Source of the DNA: Endomicrobiales bacterium
Lineage (GTDB): Bacteria; Elusimicrobiota; Endomicrobiia; Endomicrobiales; JALOBY01
Assembly: GCA_963796955.1 (NCBI GenBank)
Contig: CAWCNJ010000008.1
Span: 384,001 to 448,000, forward strand
Direction of reading: 5' to 3'
Length of the DNA: 64,000 bases
The notes below the pieces were generated by a model. That model saw only the letters and a program-made list of their open reading frames with translations. It was not told the origin of the DNA and made no database searches. Both the position numbers and the translations under genes were made by a program. The first letter of the stretch is position 1, and every line of letters begins with the position of its first letter. This document shows, piece after piece, positions 37,880 to 49,542 of this stretch.

Positions 37880-40800
37880 ATGATGACAAAAAAAGCTGCG
37901 TTGCGCAGCCTCCATCCATTATATGTAGCGGGAATCGGCGCCTCGGCCGGCGGGCTGGAGGCGCTTATCCAGCTGGTACAAACCTTCCGAGCGATATCAA
38001 TATCGCTATCGTAGTGGTACAGCATCTTATACCTGAACATAAAAGCCTTCTGGTAGAAATACTCTCCCGGCATTCCGCCCAGAAGATCGTCGAGATTGAA
38101 AATAATATGCTTATTAAACCGAATCATATTTATATAATCCCGCCGAACGCGAACATCACCATTTCCGGCAACAGACTGAAAACAAAAGAACGCCACAAAG
38201 AATTTGACGAGCGGCACATGCCGATAAATGAATTCCTATTGTCACTGGCCAAAGAGCGGAAAAGACGGTCCATCGGCGTAGTCCTTTCCGGCACAGGGTT
38301 TGACGGGACTGACGGCATACAAGCGGTCAAGGCGGAAGGCGGTATCACGTTCGCGCAAAATGAGAGCACTGCCGCCTACTTTTCAATGCCGGTCAGCGCG
38401 ATAAAGACCGGCTGCATCGATTTTGTTCTCTCGCCAAAAGAGATCGCCAAAAAGCTGACGAAGATCGGCAGGAAGGGCACTGCGGCGCCCGCCCAGGCGC
38501 ATCACCAGACGTGCTGTAACAGCGCCGAAGAAATAAACCCGATACTACAGCTGCTGAAAAGCCGCGTCGGCGTTGATTTCACGAACTACCGTCGCACCAC
38601 CATCCTGCGGCGGCTGAACCGCAGGCTCGCTATTTATAAGATCAAAAATTACCGGTCTTACTACAATAAACTTAAAGATGATCCTGCCGAAGCGGAGGCG
38701 CTTTACAAAGACCTGCTCATATCGGTAACATCCTTTTTCCGTGATCCGGCTTCTTTCGCAGCCCTTAAAAAGAAGGTGTTGCCGGAGCTCATAAAAAACA
38801 GAGCCTCCACGGCGCCCCTGCGGGTATGGGTCTGCGGCTGCTCTACCGGCCAGGAGGTTTATTCTCTTGCCATGATCATCGATGATTATATCGAAAAAAA
38901 GAAATTGCATGTAGCCTTACAAATGTTCGGCACGGACCTGAATGATGCATTGATCAGCAAAGCCCGCTCGGCCGTTTATGAAAAGAAACAGATACTTGGC
39001 ATACCGCGATATTTCCTTGAAAAATATTTCATCAAAACAGACGACGGCAGATATCGGGTTCACAAAAGCCTGCGGGAGCTTTGCGTGTTCGCAAAACACA
39101 ATATCATTAAAGATCCGCCGTTAAGCAAAATGGACATCGTCAGTTTCAGGAATGTGATGATCTACCTGGAGCCGGTGCTGCAAAAAAAAGTCGTCAATAT
39201 GCTGCTGTACGCGCTTAAAAAAGGCGGGTATATCCTGCTTGGCTCATCGGAATCTTTTTCAGCCTATCCCGATCTGTTCCGGCTTGTTGACGAACGCAAC
39301 AAAATATTCTCAAAATCCCTATCGGCTCCCCAGGGCAGGCTTAACCTTGGAACGTCCGAGTACGCGGAAGCCGGACCGAAGGGATCAAAGGACGCGACCA
39401 TGAAAATACCGGATATAACCGCGGCTAAAAAGGGCCGTCTGGTAGGGGAAGAAGAGATGAAGTCGGCGCTTGCCGAGATACAATCGAGCAATGAAGAACT
39501 TCAAACCCTGAACGAAGAGATACTGACGGGCAAAGAAGAACTGGAATCCAGCAACGAAGAGCTGGTGACCCTTAACGACGAACTGCAGCACAGGAATAAC
39601 GACCTCACGCAGATCAACTCTGATCTAAAAAATTTACTTTTTAATATCAATATTCCGGTGATCATACTTGACAAACAACTGAAAATACGACGACTGACCC
39701 CTCAGATAGAAGACGTTATGTATGTAGTGCACACGGACATCGGCAGGCCCATTTCCCAGATAAAGATGAGGATAGAGGTGCCTGGCCTGGAGCGGATCGT
39801 CCGGCGTGTTATCAGCGGTCTTAAAATATCTGAAACCGAGGTATCCAACTTAAAAGGCAAATGGTATTCGGTAAGAATAAGCCCGTATTATAATACAAAA
39901 GAGCAGGTTGACGGCGCCGTAGTCGCCTTTATCGATGTTACGTCCACCAGAGAGGCCCAGGCGGCATTGCGGGATTCACTGACGCTTTCAAAGAATATCA
40001 TTGAAACCATAAACGAACCGCTGGTCGTTTTAGACGACAACATGCGCGTTATTTCCGCGAACGCTAATTTCTATAAGACCTTTAAAGTTAAAGCCGCGCA
40101 AACCGAACAGGAAAGCATCTACAAGATCGGTGACGGCCAATGGAACATACCCGAACTGAAAAAGCAGCTTGAGGACGTATTGCCTGAAAAAACTGCTTTT
40201 AACAATTTCGAAGTAACGCACAAGTTCCCCACGATCGGAGAAAGGAATATTTCATTGAACGCAAGGCAAATAGTGAGCGAATCAAGGAAAACTAAGCTTA
40301 TCCTGCTTTCAATGTTTGATATAACGGAACTTAAGGCGGCTGAAAAGGTGCTTATAAATGCCAAGGAAAAAGTCGAGGAACTGGTAAAAGAGAAAACCGA
40401 AGAGCTCATGGATTCTCACCGGGAAGTAGACAGCCTGAAACGGCTTTCTGACCTGGGGGAACTGGCCGCGACCGTAGCCCACGAACTGCGCAATCCGCTG
40501 GCAGGGATAAATGCCGCTACGTACAACCTTAAACGCAAAACCATGGACCGGCCGGAACTGGCGCATCATCTTGACAATATCACAAAGAAGATAGCTGACA
40601 GCTCGACGATCATTGACAATCTGCTCAGGTTCTCTACGGCAAAGACACCAAGCTATGAGACCGTGAAGATCTACGACATTTTGAGCGATTGCATAGAAAT
40701 AGTGCACAATAAACACTTGTCTAAAAAAATTAAAGTGGTAAATTCTTTTAAAAAGTTAAAACCCGTTACGTTGGAGGCCGATCCTCTGCAATTAAGAGAA

Positions 40801-41124
40801 CTATTAAGCAACGTTCTGGACAACGCGCACGATGCAGTTGCTGAAAAAGGTAAAATACAGGTCATTGGTACTCACAACCACAGAAGCTTAAAGATCCAGA
40901 TCAAAGACAATGGATCCGGCATCAGCGGGGAAAATCTAAAGAACATATTCAAACCCTTCTTTTCAACGAAGGCGAAGGGCACGGGGCTTGGCCTTGCGGT
41001 AAGCCTGCAAATAGCGCACGTACACAAGGGAACCCTTGAGATAGAAAGTAAAAAAGGCGCTGGAACAACAGTTACCATCACTCTGCCCCTGAAAAAACCG
41101 ATAGCCGCCGCTCTACCTTCATAA
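37880..41124 (+). CDS. CheB-CheR-PAS-histidine kinase hybrid with a -1 frameshift at 37980-37982
   Basis: GIGASAGG (CheB) in the upstream frame; QH, SGTGFDG, VTSFFRD, GCSTGQE, RNVMIY, PAS, HELRNPL, DNGSG and GTGLGL downstream. Adding one A restores QNLPSDINIAIVVVQHL. Confidence 0.85.
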
Positions 41125-41156
41125 CGCCGCACCCGGTCAGCAATAGATGGAACCAG

Positions 41157-42650
41157 GTGATTCCACCTGTATTTCGTCTTTGCGACAATATGGTCACCAT
41201 GGGCAACGGCAGATCAATATCACTTAAATACGTCCTACTATCCCTATCCGTCCTTATCGGGCTGATGGCCGCGTTGTCGGTCGCCCTGTTACTATATTCT
41301 AATAACTACTTTTACCGGTCACAATTCGAGAAAGCGGCCTCGGTGGCGCTGGGGATGGATGTGCGGTTGAACGGCAAAATGAGGGTTTCCGTATTTCCGG
41401 ACGTGCACATCGTATTGAAGGATGTAAGTCTCGTATTTCAAGGACAGGAAGCGGCTCATATTAAGGAGGCAGGCCTTCACGTGGCTATCGCGCCTCTTTT
41501 GCATAGAAACATACTCATTAACAGTGTCAAGCTGATCAAACCGGATGTGTATATCAGGCGTGATGCTTCGGGAGAGATAAATTTCGAGCACTGGACAAAG
41601 AGCAAGAGCAGTGTATCAGCAGTACAGCTGAACGAACTGAGCGTCGTCAACGGAAATCTCATCGATTATACGGGTGATCGGGCGGCCGAAACGACGGTGC
41701 TGAACAATTTCAACCTTACTATACAGGGTCTTCGCATAACTCCCGGCAGCGCGGGAAATTCTAACGACGTGTCATTTAAAACACAATTTGACGTCGGCAG
41801 TTTCCGGCTTAAAAACCTTCTCTTTTCAGATATAAACGTGACCGCAAGCACCGGTGGTGGGATCGTTACCGTAAAGAAAGCCGAGTTTAAATTATTTAAA
41901 GGAAAAGGCAAGGCGGTTATCGTCGCATATCTCTCGGGTAAAATGCCGAGATACACGGTTTATTGTGTTTTAACAAAGTTCCGGCTTGAGGAATACCTGA
42001 AAGCGCAGCACTCGAACATGGCGGTGAAGGGACCTATGGACCTTATGGCGAGCCTTAAAGTACATGGTGACGACAGCGCTGAACTGCTCAAGACGGCTTC
42101 AGGGGTAATAGCGCTTTCCGGTGAAGGGCTTACCTATTACGGCATAGAGCTGGATAAGGAATTCGCGCGCTTCAAATCCAGCCAGAACTTCAATCTGGTG
42201 GATGCGGGTGCGTATTTTTTTCTGGGTCCGGTGGGTGTTGCGGTCACCAAAGGGTTAAATTTCGCGAATGTGGCCCGGGGCACGGGAGGATCTAGCGAGA
42301 TAGTAAAATTTTATTCCAGCTGGAAGATAGACAACGGCATAGCACAGGCGGAAGACGTGGCGCTGTCCACAAAGCAAAACCGGGTGGCAATGAAAGGCTC
42401 TCTGGACTTTGTGAAAGAACGCTACAATGACGTAACGTTCGCACTGATAGACAGCGAAGGCCGCGCTCTGGTAAAGCAGCAGATCAGCGGTCCTTTCGAC
42501 CATCCCGCGGTCAAGAAACCCGACATCCTTATGTCCCTGGCGGGACCTGCTTTGAACATCTTTAAAAAAGGAGTCAGTTTGGTCACCGGGTCGAAGGGAG
42601 AAAAATTTTATACCGGGTCGGTGCCGGCGCCAGCAAAACAAGCGAAGTAG
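41157..42650 (+). CDS. AsmA family protein (start uncertain, possibly ~41199)
   Basis: N-terminal TM anchor; L...P.V.I.RD..GE.NF motif; beta-rich C-terminus ending ISGPFDHP. Confidence 0.75.
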   Translation: MIPPVFRLCDNMVTMGNGRSISLKYVLLSLSVLIGLMAALSVALLLYSNNYFYRSQFEKAASVALGMDVRLNGKMRVSVFPDVHIVLKDVSLVFQGQEAAHIKEAGLHVAIAPLLHRNILINSVKLIKPDVYIRRDASGEINFEHWTKSKSSVSAVQLNELSVVNGNLIDYTGDRAAETTVLNNFNLTIQGLRITPGSAGNSNDVSFKTQFDVGSFRLKNLLFSDINVTASTGGGIVTVKKAEFKLFKGKGKAVIVAYLSGKMPRYTVYCVLTKFRLEEYLKAQHSNMAVKGPMDLMASLKVHGDDSAELLKTASGVIALSGEGLTYYGIELDKEFARFKSSQNFNLVDAGAYFFLGPVGVAVTKGLNFANVARGTGGSSEIVKFYSSWKIDNGIAQAEDVALSTKQNRVAMKGSLDFVKERYNDVTFALIDSEGRALVKQQISGPFDHPAVKKPDILMSLAGPALNIFKKGVSLVTGSKGEKFYTGSVPAPAKQAK

Positions 42651-42656
42651 CTGCTG

Positions 42657-43964
42657 TTAAAAGGCGATACCGGCAGTGAGTTGAATATCGTATTTGTAAC
42701 CGGGGAACGTATATTCGCTGTTATCGGGGCCGACGGTAGTATTTACCAGCAAGCCGGCGGAAAGATCGTAAATATTCGTATACAGCACGCCGCTGGATAT
42801 CACGCCGGAGCCGTCGTTAAAGTTACGGATGTAGTTGGCGCTAAAGGTCATATCTGTGATAATGAATCTGGTTATCGTAGTGAACAGCGCCCCGTAGTAA
42901 CGGGACAGATAGTTAGGGTCGTACAAGTTGTTCGCCAGCAAAAAATCCTTTTTTGAAGCGCTGTTTATCGTCGTAACACCGCCCAGGCCGTTCGGTGCGA
43001 TGATAGGCGTTTTAAGTGCATAGGCCGTCTTGTCGCTGAACAGATTTTCGTCGTATCCCAGGCTGTTATAGAAGAACTCCGTTGAAACGGTCAGCCGGTC
43101 GTTAAAATTGCCCAGGCGAAAACCCTTGGAAAAATTGATACTGGCCCTGGGATCCCAATCACTATTATTCCGGTAGATATCAAGCAGTCCCTGGTCCAGC
43201 CGGATTTTATTTACGTTCTCGCCTTTCGATATACTAGCTTCGCCGAGTATGTCCACGTACCCCACCCTGGTAGAAAAATCGTAACCCAGCATCGGATTAT
43301 AGCTGTTCTTAGACCAGCCGGAGAATGCCATCTCGGTATCACCGGCCATGAATTCATATTTCATTGCGCCGCCCAGGTTATCGGAGGTCTGGGCATTACC
43401 GGTATCTAAAAAACCGTAAAGATTCTTTTTGGCTCCGAAGGGGGCGGTCAGCTTCAAGCCATAGGCGCCTTCGCGGTAGCCGATCTTGCGCACGAAAGGC
43501 TTCTTTTCCACGTTGATAAGATCCGTCGGGTTCCACAGAGTGCAGCGGCCCCATTGAAGCACCTGCTTACCGGTCCTCAGATATACCCGCCTATCAAGGT
43601 TGAAATCGAAAAACAATTCGCGCAGGACGAACGTAGTGGTTTTTGTCTGCGACTGATAGGTGGTTTCAACGTTAGCGAAGGCCTTGATATCATTCTTCAT
43701 ACGCACATCAAAAAAAGAATTGCTGACTATGTACGATTGCAAACCGTTCTCGGCAGCAGTGCTTATCCCGACGCCTTCCATGACACTGGTGATCTGACCG
43801 GAGAAAGCGATCGTTTTCTGCGCTTCTACCTGCTTGGCCGTGCTGACAGGCGCGGTAACCACGTCCGAGCTTGAGAACATCTCACTTTCGGACATTTCGC
43901 TCCCAAGACAGGGCGCAGTTCCCGCGCAGACAATTAAGGCGAGCACACAAAAATATTTGCTCAT
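42657..43964 (-). CDS. Putative outer membrane beta-barrel protein
   Basis: Signal peptide; LRELFFD, GKQ..QWG...WNPTDLIN motifs; C-terminal Phe. Confidence 0.65.
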   Translation of the reverse strand: MSKYFCVLALIVCAGTAPCLGSEMSESEMFSSSDVVTAPVSTAKQVEAQKTIAFSGQITSVMEGVGISTAAENGLQSYIVSNSFFDVRMKNDIKAFANVETTYQSQTKTTTFVLRELFFDFNLDRRVYLRTGKQVLQWGRCTLWNPTDLINVEKKPFVRKIGYREGAYGLKLTAPFGAKKNLYGFLDTGNAQTSDNLGGAMKYEFMAGDTEMAFSGWSKNSYNPMLGYDFSTRVGYVDILGEASISKGENVNKIRLDQGLLDIYRNNSDWDPRASINFSKGFRLGNFNDRLTVSTEFFYNSLGYDENLFSDKTAYALKTPIIAPNGLGGVTTINSASKKDFLLANNLYDPNYLSRYYGALFTTITRFIITDMTFSANYIRNFNDGSGVISSGVLYTNIYDLSAGLLVNTTVGPDNSEYTFPGYKYDIQLTAGIAF

Positions 43965-44735
43965 TTGCTGAGATTCTCCAGGTAAGCTTTGGTGAAGACG
44001 CTGTTGTTTATTTGGCCGGTCATAATATCCGAGATATCCACCACGGTTTTGTTGCCTTTCTCGAACTCGTCGATAAATATTTGTTTCACCGGCACGTATC
44101 TGCCGTCGATAACGGTGAATTTAATAAAATACGCTGTTTGCATAAGCGTGCCGGAAAGCGAGTACGATTCTTCTTTCAGCACCAGGGAATTGTCACGGCG
44201 CGTCCAGTAGATCTTCTTAGGGTAGTCAACATCGTTAACTTTAGCCTTTATCTCAAATTTATAAACCGATACCTTGCCGAGCATCTCTTCGGTAATCTTT
44301 TCTTTGCCCTGCGCGTCCAGGGCCGGGCCGTAAAGTTCCACCATCTTGCGGGTTTCAAAGTCCGAGCTGTGCGCGTCTGTGCCGCCGATGCTCTCATCGC
44401 GGTTCACATGCTGGAAGGTGCGGGTGTTTATGCGGTACATCCAGAAATTATCACCCACGCGCAGGTAGCCGTTGCCCTTCTCGTTTTCCGGCGCGTTCAT
44501 GACGATAAGGAAAGCATCATCAGAATCCCGGCGGTAATAGCTTCATCTCAATAATTTTGGTGCCCTGATCCGGTTTTTGCTGTGTCAAAAGAACATTGGC
44601 CTTGATGTCCTTCTTCATCTTATAGTTCTCATCGATGAACTGCAGGATGGGAACGATACGGCTTTCGCCAAAACAAAGGGACGGCAGCAGCATAAGCGCG
44701 ATAATAACTAATGATTTGAATTTCAATGTATACAC
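43961..44735 (-). pseudogene. LolA-like outer membrane lipoprotein-sorting protein with a +1 frameshift at 44542-44543
   Basis: Removing one base restores EMSYYRRDSDDAFLIVMNAPENEKGNGYL...GTD...DF...FTKAYL; signal peptide in the upstream fragment. Confidence 0.8.
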
Positions 44736-44767
44736 TCCGTTCGTTCGATCTTGATCTTAACCCGCAT

Positions 44768-46528
44768 TTATTCGAAATGCCCCAATGCTTTTGCGGGTGA
44801 CAGGTTCGCCGCCCGCCGCGAGGGGAAATATGCCGTCGCCAGCGCTATGCCCAGTATCAGTACCACATTGCCGCAAATACCCCAGAAGCTGGGCAGAAAG
44901 TACAGACGGCTGTTCACCAACAGCATGCCCATGGGGTTATCCGACATATCGAACGTGATCCTTGAAAGCAGCCACATGCCCGCAAAGGCCGCTATGACAC
45001 CGGCGATGGAAGCGAACAGGGCCAGGAAGAACGTTTCGAACATGAACGTATTCCTGACATCAGTCTTCTGCATACCGATGGCGCGGATGGTGCCGATCTC
45101 CCTGGTGCGCTCGCGTATCGTCATGCGCAGCGTATTAACGACGCCGAGCAGGATAATGAAGAACAGCACCAGGACGGCTGAAAGCGTGATCAGGTTCAGC
45201 ACGCCTTCGAGCTTCAAAATATCGCTGGCGGTCTCATACATGGTGGAGACATCCACCACCGTGCCCTTCCACTTCTTTTTGCCGAGCTCCAGATATTTTT
45301 TCTTCGCATCATCCGTGTTGGCGGTTCTCTTAAGCAATATCCATTCGGGAGCCAGATACTGGTACAAAGGGGCTTTTGTTCCGGCAATAAAGGATGATAG
45401 GGGGACCGTATTTTTAGGCAGATGAGGATAGTAGGTATCGTAGAACTTTTCGTCGTTAAGCAGCACCGTGTTAATGCCGGGCGCGCTTTCATCACTGCAG
45501 ATAGCGCTTACGGTATAGGTAAGCTCGGCCTTGCCTGTTTCGAATTTCTGATCATATGAGAATGAGAACGTATCGCCGGGCTCAACACCCAGGGCTTTGG
45601 CAAGCGAATGCGGCAGTATAACGCCGTCCTTGGACATAGCTTTTTCATGAGAGCCTTTTTCCAGTTTCAGCACTTTTGAGACCTTTTCTTTAGAATCGTC
45701 ATCACTTTTATAGCCGAGCGCCGAGACACCGGTCTGTCTGGCGCCGCGGCGGGCGATGCCGGAAATATAGGCGAGGCCCGGGTTTAAACGGGAATGTATG
45801 TCATCAGCGATCCGTTTCGCGTTCTTCTGCGGATCCTTGATAACCAGATGTATGCTTGCCGTCTCCCAGGGCCGATACCCGAGGATCTCCCTGGTCTTTG
45901 CCGATTCCAGGAAAATGACCGGCTGCATAAAGATGTTATCGTTCTTCATTATCCCGACAACGGTAAGCCGTTCGGCCTGATCCTGGCCAAACATGTTGCG
46001 AAAACGCAGGCGGATGACATCGTTTTTTTGAACATTGAGATAGCGGGCTTTTTCCTGTGAGACTATGACAGGGTTTTCAACGTCCGTCCTCTCCAGGTCT
46101 TTCCAGCTCCCTTCCACTAGTCTGAAAGATGCTTCCAGTTCCTTAAGCCCTTCCTTGCTCATGCCGCGCGTGGTATCGGCGCCGACCAGGATCACATTGT
46201 CGGATTTGCCGTTGCCGATGGCCCGGCAGAACATGCTCATCGCTTCATCGGCGCGTTCAACACCCGGCTCGCCTTTTAACGCATTCATCAGGCGTTCTTT
46301 ATCGCGGAACAGTTCCCTTGTGAGTTTGCCTTTTTCGTTGACGCGCACCGTTACCTGCCCGGTAACGTAACGCATGATCTTATTGAACATATTGTCGGAA
46401 ATACCGTGGGAGAAGGAATTCGCTATAACCAGGATCATGATGCCCAGGGCTATGGCGATACCGAGCAATATATTCCTTCTTTTCTGGCGGAACAAATTCC
46501 TGAGGCTTAACATTATCAATAATTTCAT
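44768..46528 (-). CDS. ABC transporter permease (LolE/FtsX/MacB family)
   Basis: RNLFRQKRR and ERTREIGTIRAIG motifs; C-terminal P.RRAA.L.P. Confidence 0.88.
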   Translation of the reverse strand: MKLLIMLSLRNLFRQKRRNILLGIAIALGIMILVIANSFSHGISDNMFNKIMRYVTGQVTVRVNEKGKLTRELFRDKERLMNALKGEPGVERADEAMSMFCRAIGNGKSDNVILVGADTTRGMSKEGLKELEASFRLVEGSWKDLERTDVENPVIVSQEKARYLNVQKNDVIRLRFRNMFGQDQAERLTVVGIMKNDNIFMQPVIFLESAKTREILGYRPWETASIHLVIKDPQKNAKRIADDIHSRLNPGLAYISGIARRGARQTGVSALGYKSDDDSKEKVSKVLKLEKGSHEKAMSKDGVILPHSLAKALGVEPGDTFSFSYDQKFETGKAELTYTVSAICSDESAPGINTVLLNDEKFYDTYYPHLPKNTVPLSSFIAGTKAPLYQYLAPEWILLKRTANTDDAKKKYLELGKKKWKGTVVDVSTMYETASDILKLEGVLNLITLSAVLVLFFIILLGVVNTLRMTIRERTREIGTIRAIGMQKTDVRNTFMFETFFLALFASIAGVIAAFAGMWLLSRITFDMSDNPMGMLLVNSRLYFLPSFWGICGNVVLILGIALATAYFPSRRAANLSPAKALGHFE

Positions 46529-46531
46529 ATA

Positions 46532-48061
46532 TTAATCCCTTTGGATGGCGTCAAGCGGCGTGATATTGCGGGCTACGCCCACCGGGTAGAGAGAGGCGAC
46601 AACGGTTACCAGCACAAGCTGGAAGACCGTCAGAGCGATGTCCGGCGCGGTCAGCAGCGGGTTGAAAATATCGCCGCCGTAGAGCAGCTGGACCATATCA
46701 TTAGAAGTGGTGATCTTGAACAACGGTATCAGCTTGACCAATATAATGCCGGCCGCGATCCCGGCGCCGCCGAATACCGCGGAGAGCAGTCCTGTCTCGG
46801 CAAAGAACATTCCGCCAATGAACATTTTTCTGGCACCCACGGCGCGCATCATTCCAATTTCCGAGGTGCGCTCCAGGGCGGCCATGGTCAATGTGTTTAT
46901 GATTATGATAACCGCAACAATGAAGAGCAGGGTTACGAACAGGAACAGCGCGCTTTTTATGATCAGCGTCATACTGCCTATCGGGCCCGAAGCCTTATTC
47001 CACGTGATCGCCCTGACACCGGTACCTTTATCTTTCAGGGCCTTATTGAGCTTAGTCAAAGCGCTATTATAGGAAATACCATCTTTCAGTTTTACATAAA
47101 TAACATTATAAGTGCCAAACTCACTGCCGGCATTAACATCCGTTGCCGCGGATGTTTGTTTAAGCTTCGCCGGCGTCTTCCCTGTCTTATTGTTTACTAT
47201 CAGGGGTTCCGAGCCGAACAGAGAATCCATATCGGTATTTTCCATTCCCAGCAGCTTCTTTTCTTCTTTCGGGACCTCGACCGCGTTTTCCGACGCCGAG
47301 AAATAACCCATGCATTCGCGGTACGATTCTATATCGGTAATGCAAAAATGGCCGAAGATGGTGTTCAGCGCCCCGTACTTGATGATGCCCTTGACGCCGA
47401 AACGGATGTCGGTAGAAGAATTTACGCCGCTGGCCGTGCCCATCAACACTATGTTGGAGGAGACAACAATGTTCTTCAGGTCTTCACGTGCTTCTTTTGT
47501 TAAATTGGCCTCTATCAGCTTGCCGCCTTCCGGAATGATCCAGATATTCAGCGCGGTATAAATATGAGAATCGCGAATATGGGTCGGCATCAATAGACCT
47601 TTTTCGCCCGGGTTTAAAACGCGGCCTTCCAGCACCGTGAAGTTGTTCGGGAACATCTTCTGATATGCGGCGAAATCCACACCCATCAGGTAGGTGGCAG
47701 AGGGGGCATTCTCATCTTCTTTTAATATCATAGCCAGATTATTACCGACCGGAAGGAAACGTTCAACATAATCCTGTGACTGCAGCACGGCCTTAATGTC
47801 CTTATAGGTCGTGACCGGCTCAATAGCCGTACCCATCATGTTAATAAGGATGTTATCAGATTTCTGCTTATCGGAGATCAAGACTATATCGCCCATGAAG
47901 GAATTGACGATGTTCTTTTTAATACCCACATCCATACCGGAAATAACACCATTACCCAGCGTCATCAGCAGGGCACCGATAAACAGTATCACACCGATCA
48001 CCAGGCTCTTGCCTTTATGCCTGAGGATATTACGCCACGCGATCTTAAGCATCAATTTCAT
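46532..48061 (-). CDS. ABC transporter permease (LolE/FtsX/MacB family)
   Basis: AWRNILRH and ERTSEIGMMRAVG motifs. Confidence 0.88.
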   Translation of the reverse strand: MKLMLKIAWRNILRHKGKSLVIGVILFIGALLMTLGNGVISGMDVGIKKNIVNSFMGDIVLISDKQKSDNILINMMGTAIEPVTTYKDIKAVLQSQDYVERFLPVGNNLAMILKEDENAPSATYLMGVDFAAYQKMFPNNFTVLEGRVLNPGEKGLLMPTHIRDSHIYTALNIWIIPEGGKLIEANLTKEAREDLKNIVVSSNIVLMGTASGVNSSTDIRFGVKGIIKYGALNTIFGHFCITDIESYRECMGYFSASENAVEVPKEEKKLLGMENTDMDSLFGSEPLIVNNKTGKTPAKLKQTSAATDVNAGSEFGTYNVIYVKLKDGISYNSALTKLNKALKDKGTGVRAITWNKASGPIGSMTLIIKSALFLFVTLLFIVAVIIIINTLTMAALERTSEIGMMRAVGARKMFIGGMFFAETGLLSAVFGGAGIAAGIILVKLIPLFKITTSNDMVQLLYGGDIFNPLLTAPDIALTVFQLVLVTVVASLYPVGVARNITPLDAIQRD

Positions 48062-48063
48062 GA

Positions 48064-48738
48064 TTAATTTTCCAGGAGGCCGTCTTTAATTTTAACGATG
48101 TTTTTTGCGTATTTAAGGACGTTTGCGTCATGGGTAGAGAATATGAACGTTGTTTTTTCTATCTCGTTCATCTTCTTCATCAGCTCAAGTATCTGGGCGC
48201 CGGTAACAGAATCCAGATTCGCGGTAGGCTCGTCTGCCAGCACGATGTCAGGATTGGTGACCAGTGCGCGCGCGATAGCCACGCGCTGGCGCTGCCCGCC
48301 GGAAAGTTCCGCGGGGCGGTGTTTAGCGTATTCGCCGAGACCCACTTCCTCGATCAACTTTTCCGCGCGCTTGCGTATCTCATAGGCAGACTGGTTCCTC
48401 ATCAGAAGCAGGGGGAATTCAACGTTCTCTATAACATCCAGCACCGGGATAAGGTTGAAGGTCTGGAATATGAAGCCGATCTTATTAAGACGGATGTCCG
48501 TTATCTGCCGGTCGTTAAGCGCGGTTATCTCGCTGCCCCCCACCTTAACGCTGCCCGTGGTGGCGAAATCGATACACCCGATCACGTTCAGCAGCGTGGT
48601 CTTCCCGCTGCCGGAAGGGCCGATGATGCTCATAAAATCGCCTTCCGCCACCGCCATGTAAACACCCCGAAGGGCGTGCACGGTAGTAGTGCCGAGCGGA
48701 TAATCTTTTGTAAGTCCGTTGATCTCGATGATATTCAT
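48064..48738 (-). CDS. ABC transporter ATPase (LolD/MacB-like)
   Basis: GPSGSGKT, LSGGQRQRVAIARAL and ADEPTANLD motifs. Confidence 0.93.
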   Translation of the reverse strand: MNIIEINGLTKDYPLGTTTVHALRGVYMAVAEGDFMSIIGPSGSGKTTLLNVIGCIDFATTGSVKVGGSEITALNDRQITDIRLNKIGFIFQTFNLIPVLDVIENVEFPLLLMRNQSAYEIRKRAEKLIEEVGLGEYAKHRPAELSGGQRQRVAIARALVTNPDIVLADEPTANLDSVTGAQILELMKKMNEIEKTTFIFSTHDANVLKYAKNIVKIKDGLLEN

Positions 48739-48946
48739 TGATTTTCTCCGTCCTGATAACTTGTTTCGCTACAGAAACTGTAATATAGCATTTCCATATT
48801 TCATATTCAACGTATGCTTTAAAAAAAGTTCACGAGAAGAAGTCAGCAATAATGGGATACTAATGATTCAGCACGGAGTTTTGATTTGCGAAAATACCGG
48901 TACACTCGTAACACATTTCACGTGCCCGATAAGGAGGCCAATTCAT

Positions 48947-49537
48947 ATGAGGAATTTTTCACTGCTGTTCATCGCCGTATCATTGTTACTGAGCATAACC
49001 CGCCCTTTGTATTCAGAAGACCTTAAAGAGAGCAGCTACTCGCCCGCGATGCAGACAAAGATCGCCGAAATGCAGAAAGAACTGGAAGCCCATTCCACCG
49101 AACGGCTGCGCGTATTGAGTAATCTGGATACATTTGATAAACTTGACTTCGAAGTATTCAGCAATCAGGAATGGACGAAACTGCACGAGAGCCATGCCAA
49201 CGATGTGGTGGTAAACTGGCCGGACGGCCGCCGCGTCACCGGCCTTCAACAACACATAGAAGATCTGAAGGCGATGTTCGTTTACGCGCCCGATACTAAA
49301 ATAAAAGTGCACCCGGTGAAATTCGGTTCAGATGATTTCACCTGCGTTATAGGGGTCATGACCGGCACTTTCACAAAACCGATGCCTGCCGGCAACGGGA
49401 AGGTGATTCAACCGACCGGAAAGCAATTTTCAATTACTATGTGTACTGTCGGCCGTTGGAAAAACGGCGTTATGATAGAAGAGTGGCTGTTCTGGGACAA
49501 CGCGGCATTCATGAGGCAGATCGGCATAGGGCGGTAA
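48947..49537 (+). CDS. Secreted SnoaL-like (ester cyclase/NTF2-like) protein
   Basis: AAGGAGG RBS; signal peptide; FDKLDF.VFS.Q.W and GTFTKPM...IQPTGK.F motifs. Confidence 0.8.
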   Translation: MRNFSLLFIAVSLLLSITRPLYSEDLKESSYSPAMQTKIAEMQKELEAHSTERLRVLSNLDTFDKLDFEVFSNQEWTKLHESHANDVVVNWPDGRRVTGLQQHIEDLKAMFVYAPDTKIKVHPVKFGSDDFTCVIGVMTGTFTKPMPAGNGKVIQPTGKQFSITMCTVGRWKNGVMIEEWLFWDNAAFMRQIGIGR

Positions 49538-49542
49538 AACAA

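Noticed and set aside
46541..47503. Long antisense ORFs (320 aa here; also 9356-10063, 44751-45425, 59352-59999)
   Set aside because: Shadow frames of well-supported genes on the opposite strand, with no recognisable motifs or RBS.
48719..48946. Upstream extensions of the SnoaL ORF (from 48719), ldh (from 49441) and hsdS (from 54549)
   Set aside because: They overlap neighbouring genes or promoters; the downstream ATGs fit RBS positions and family N-termini better.
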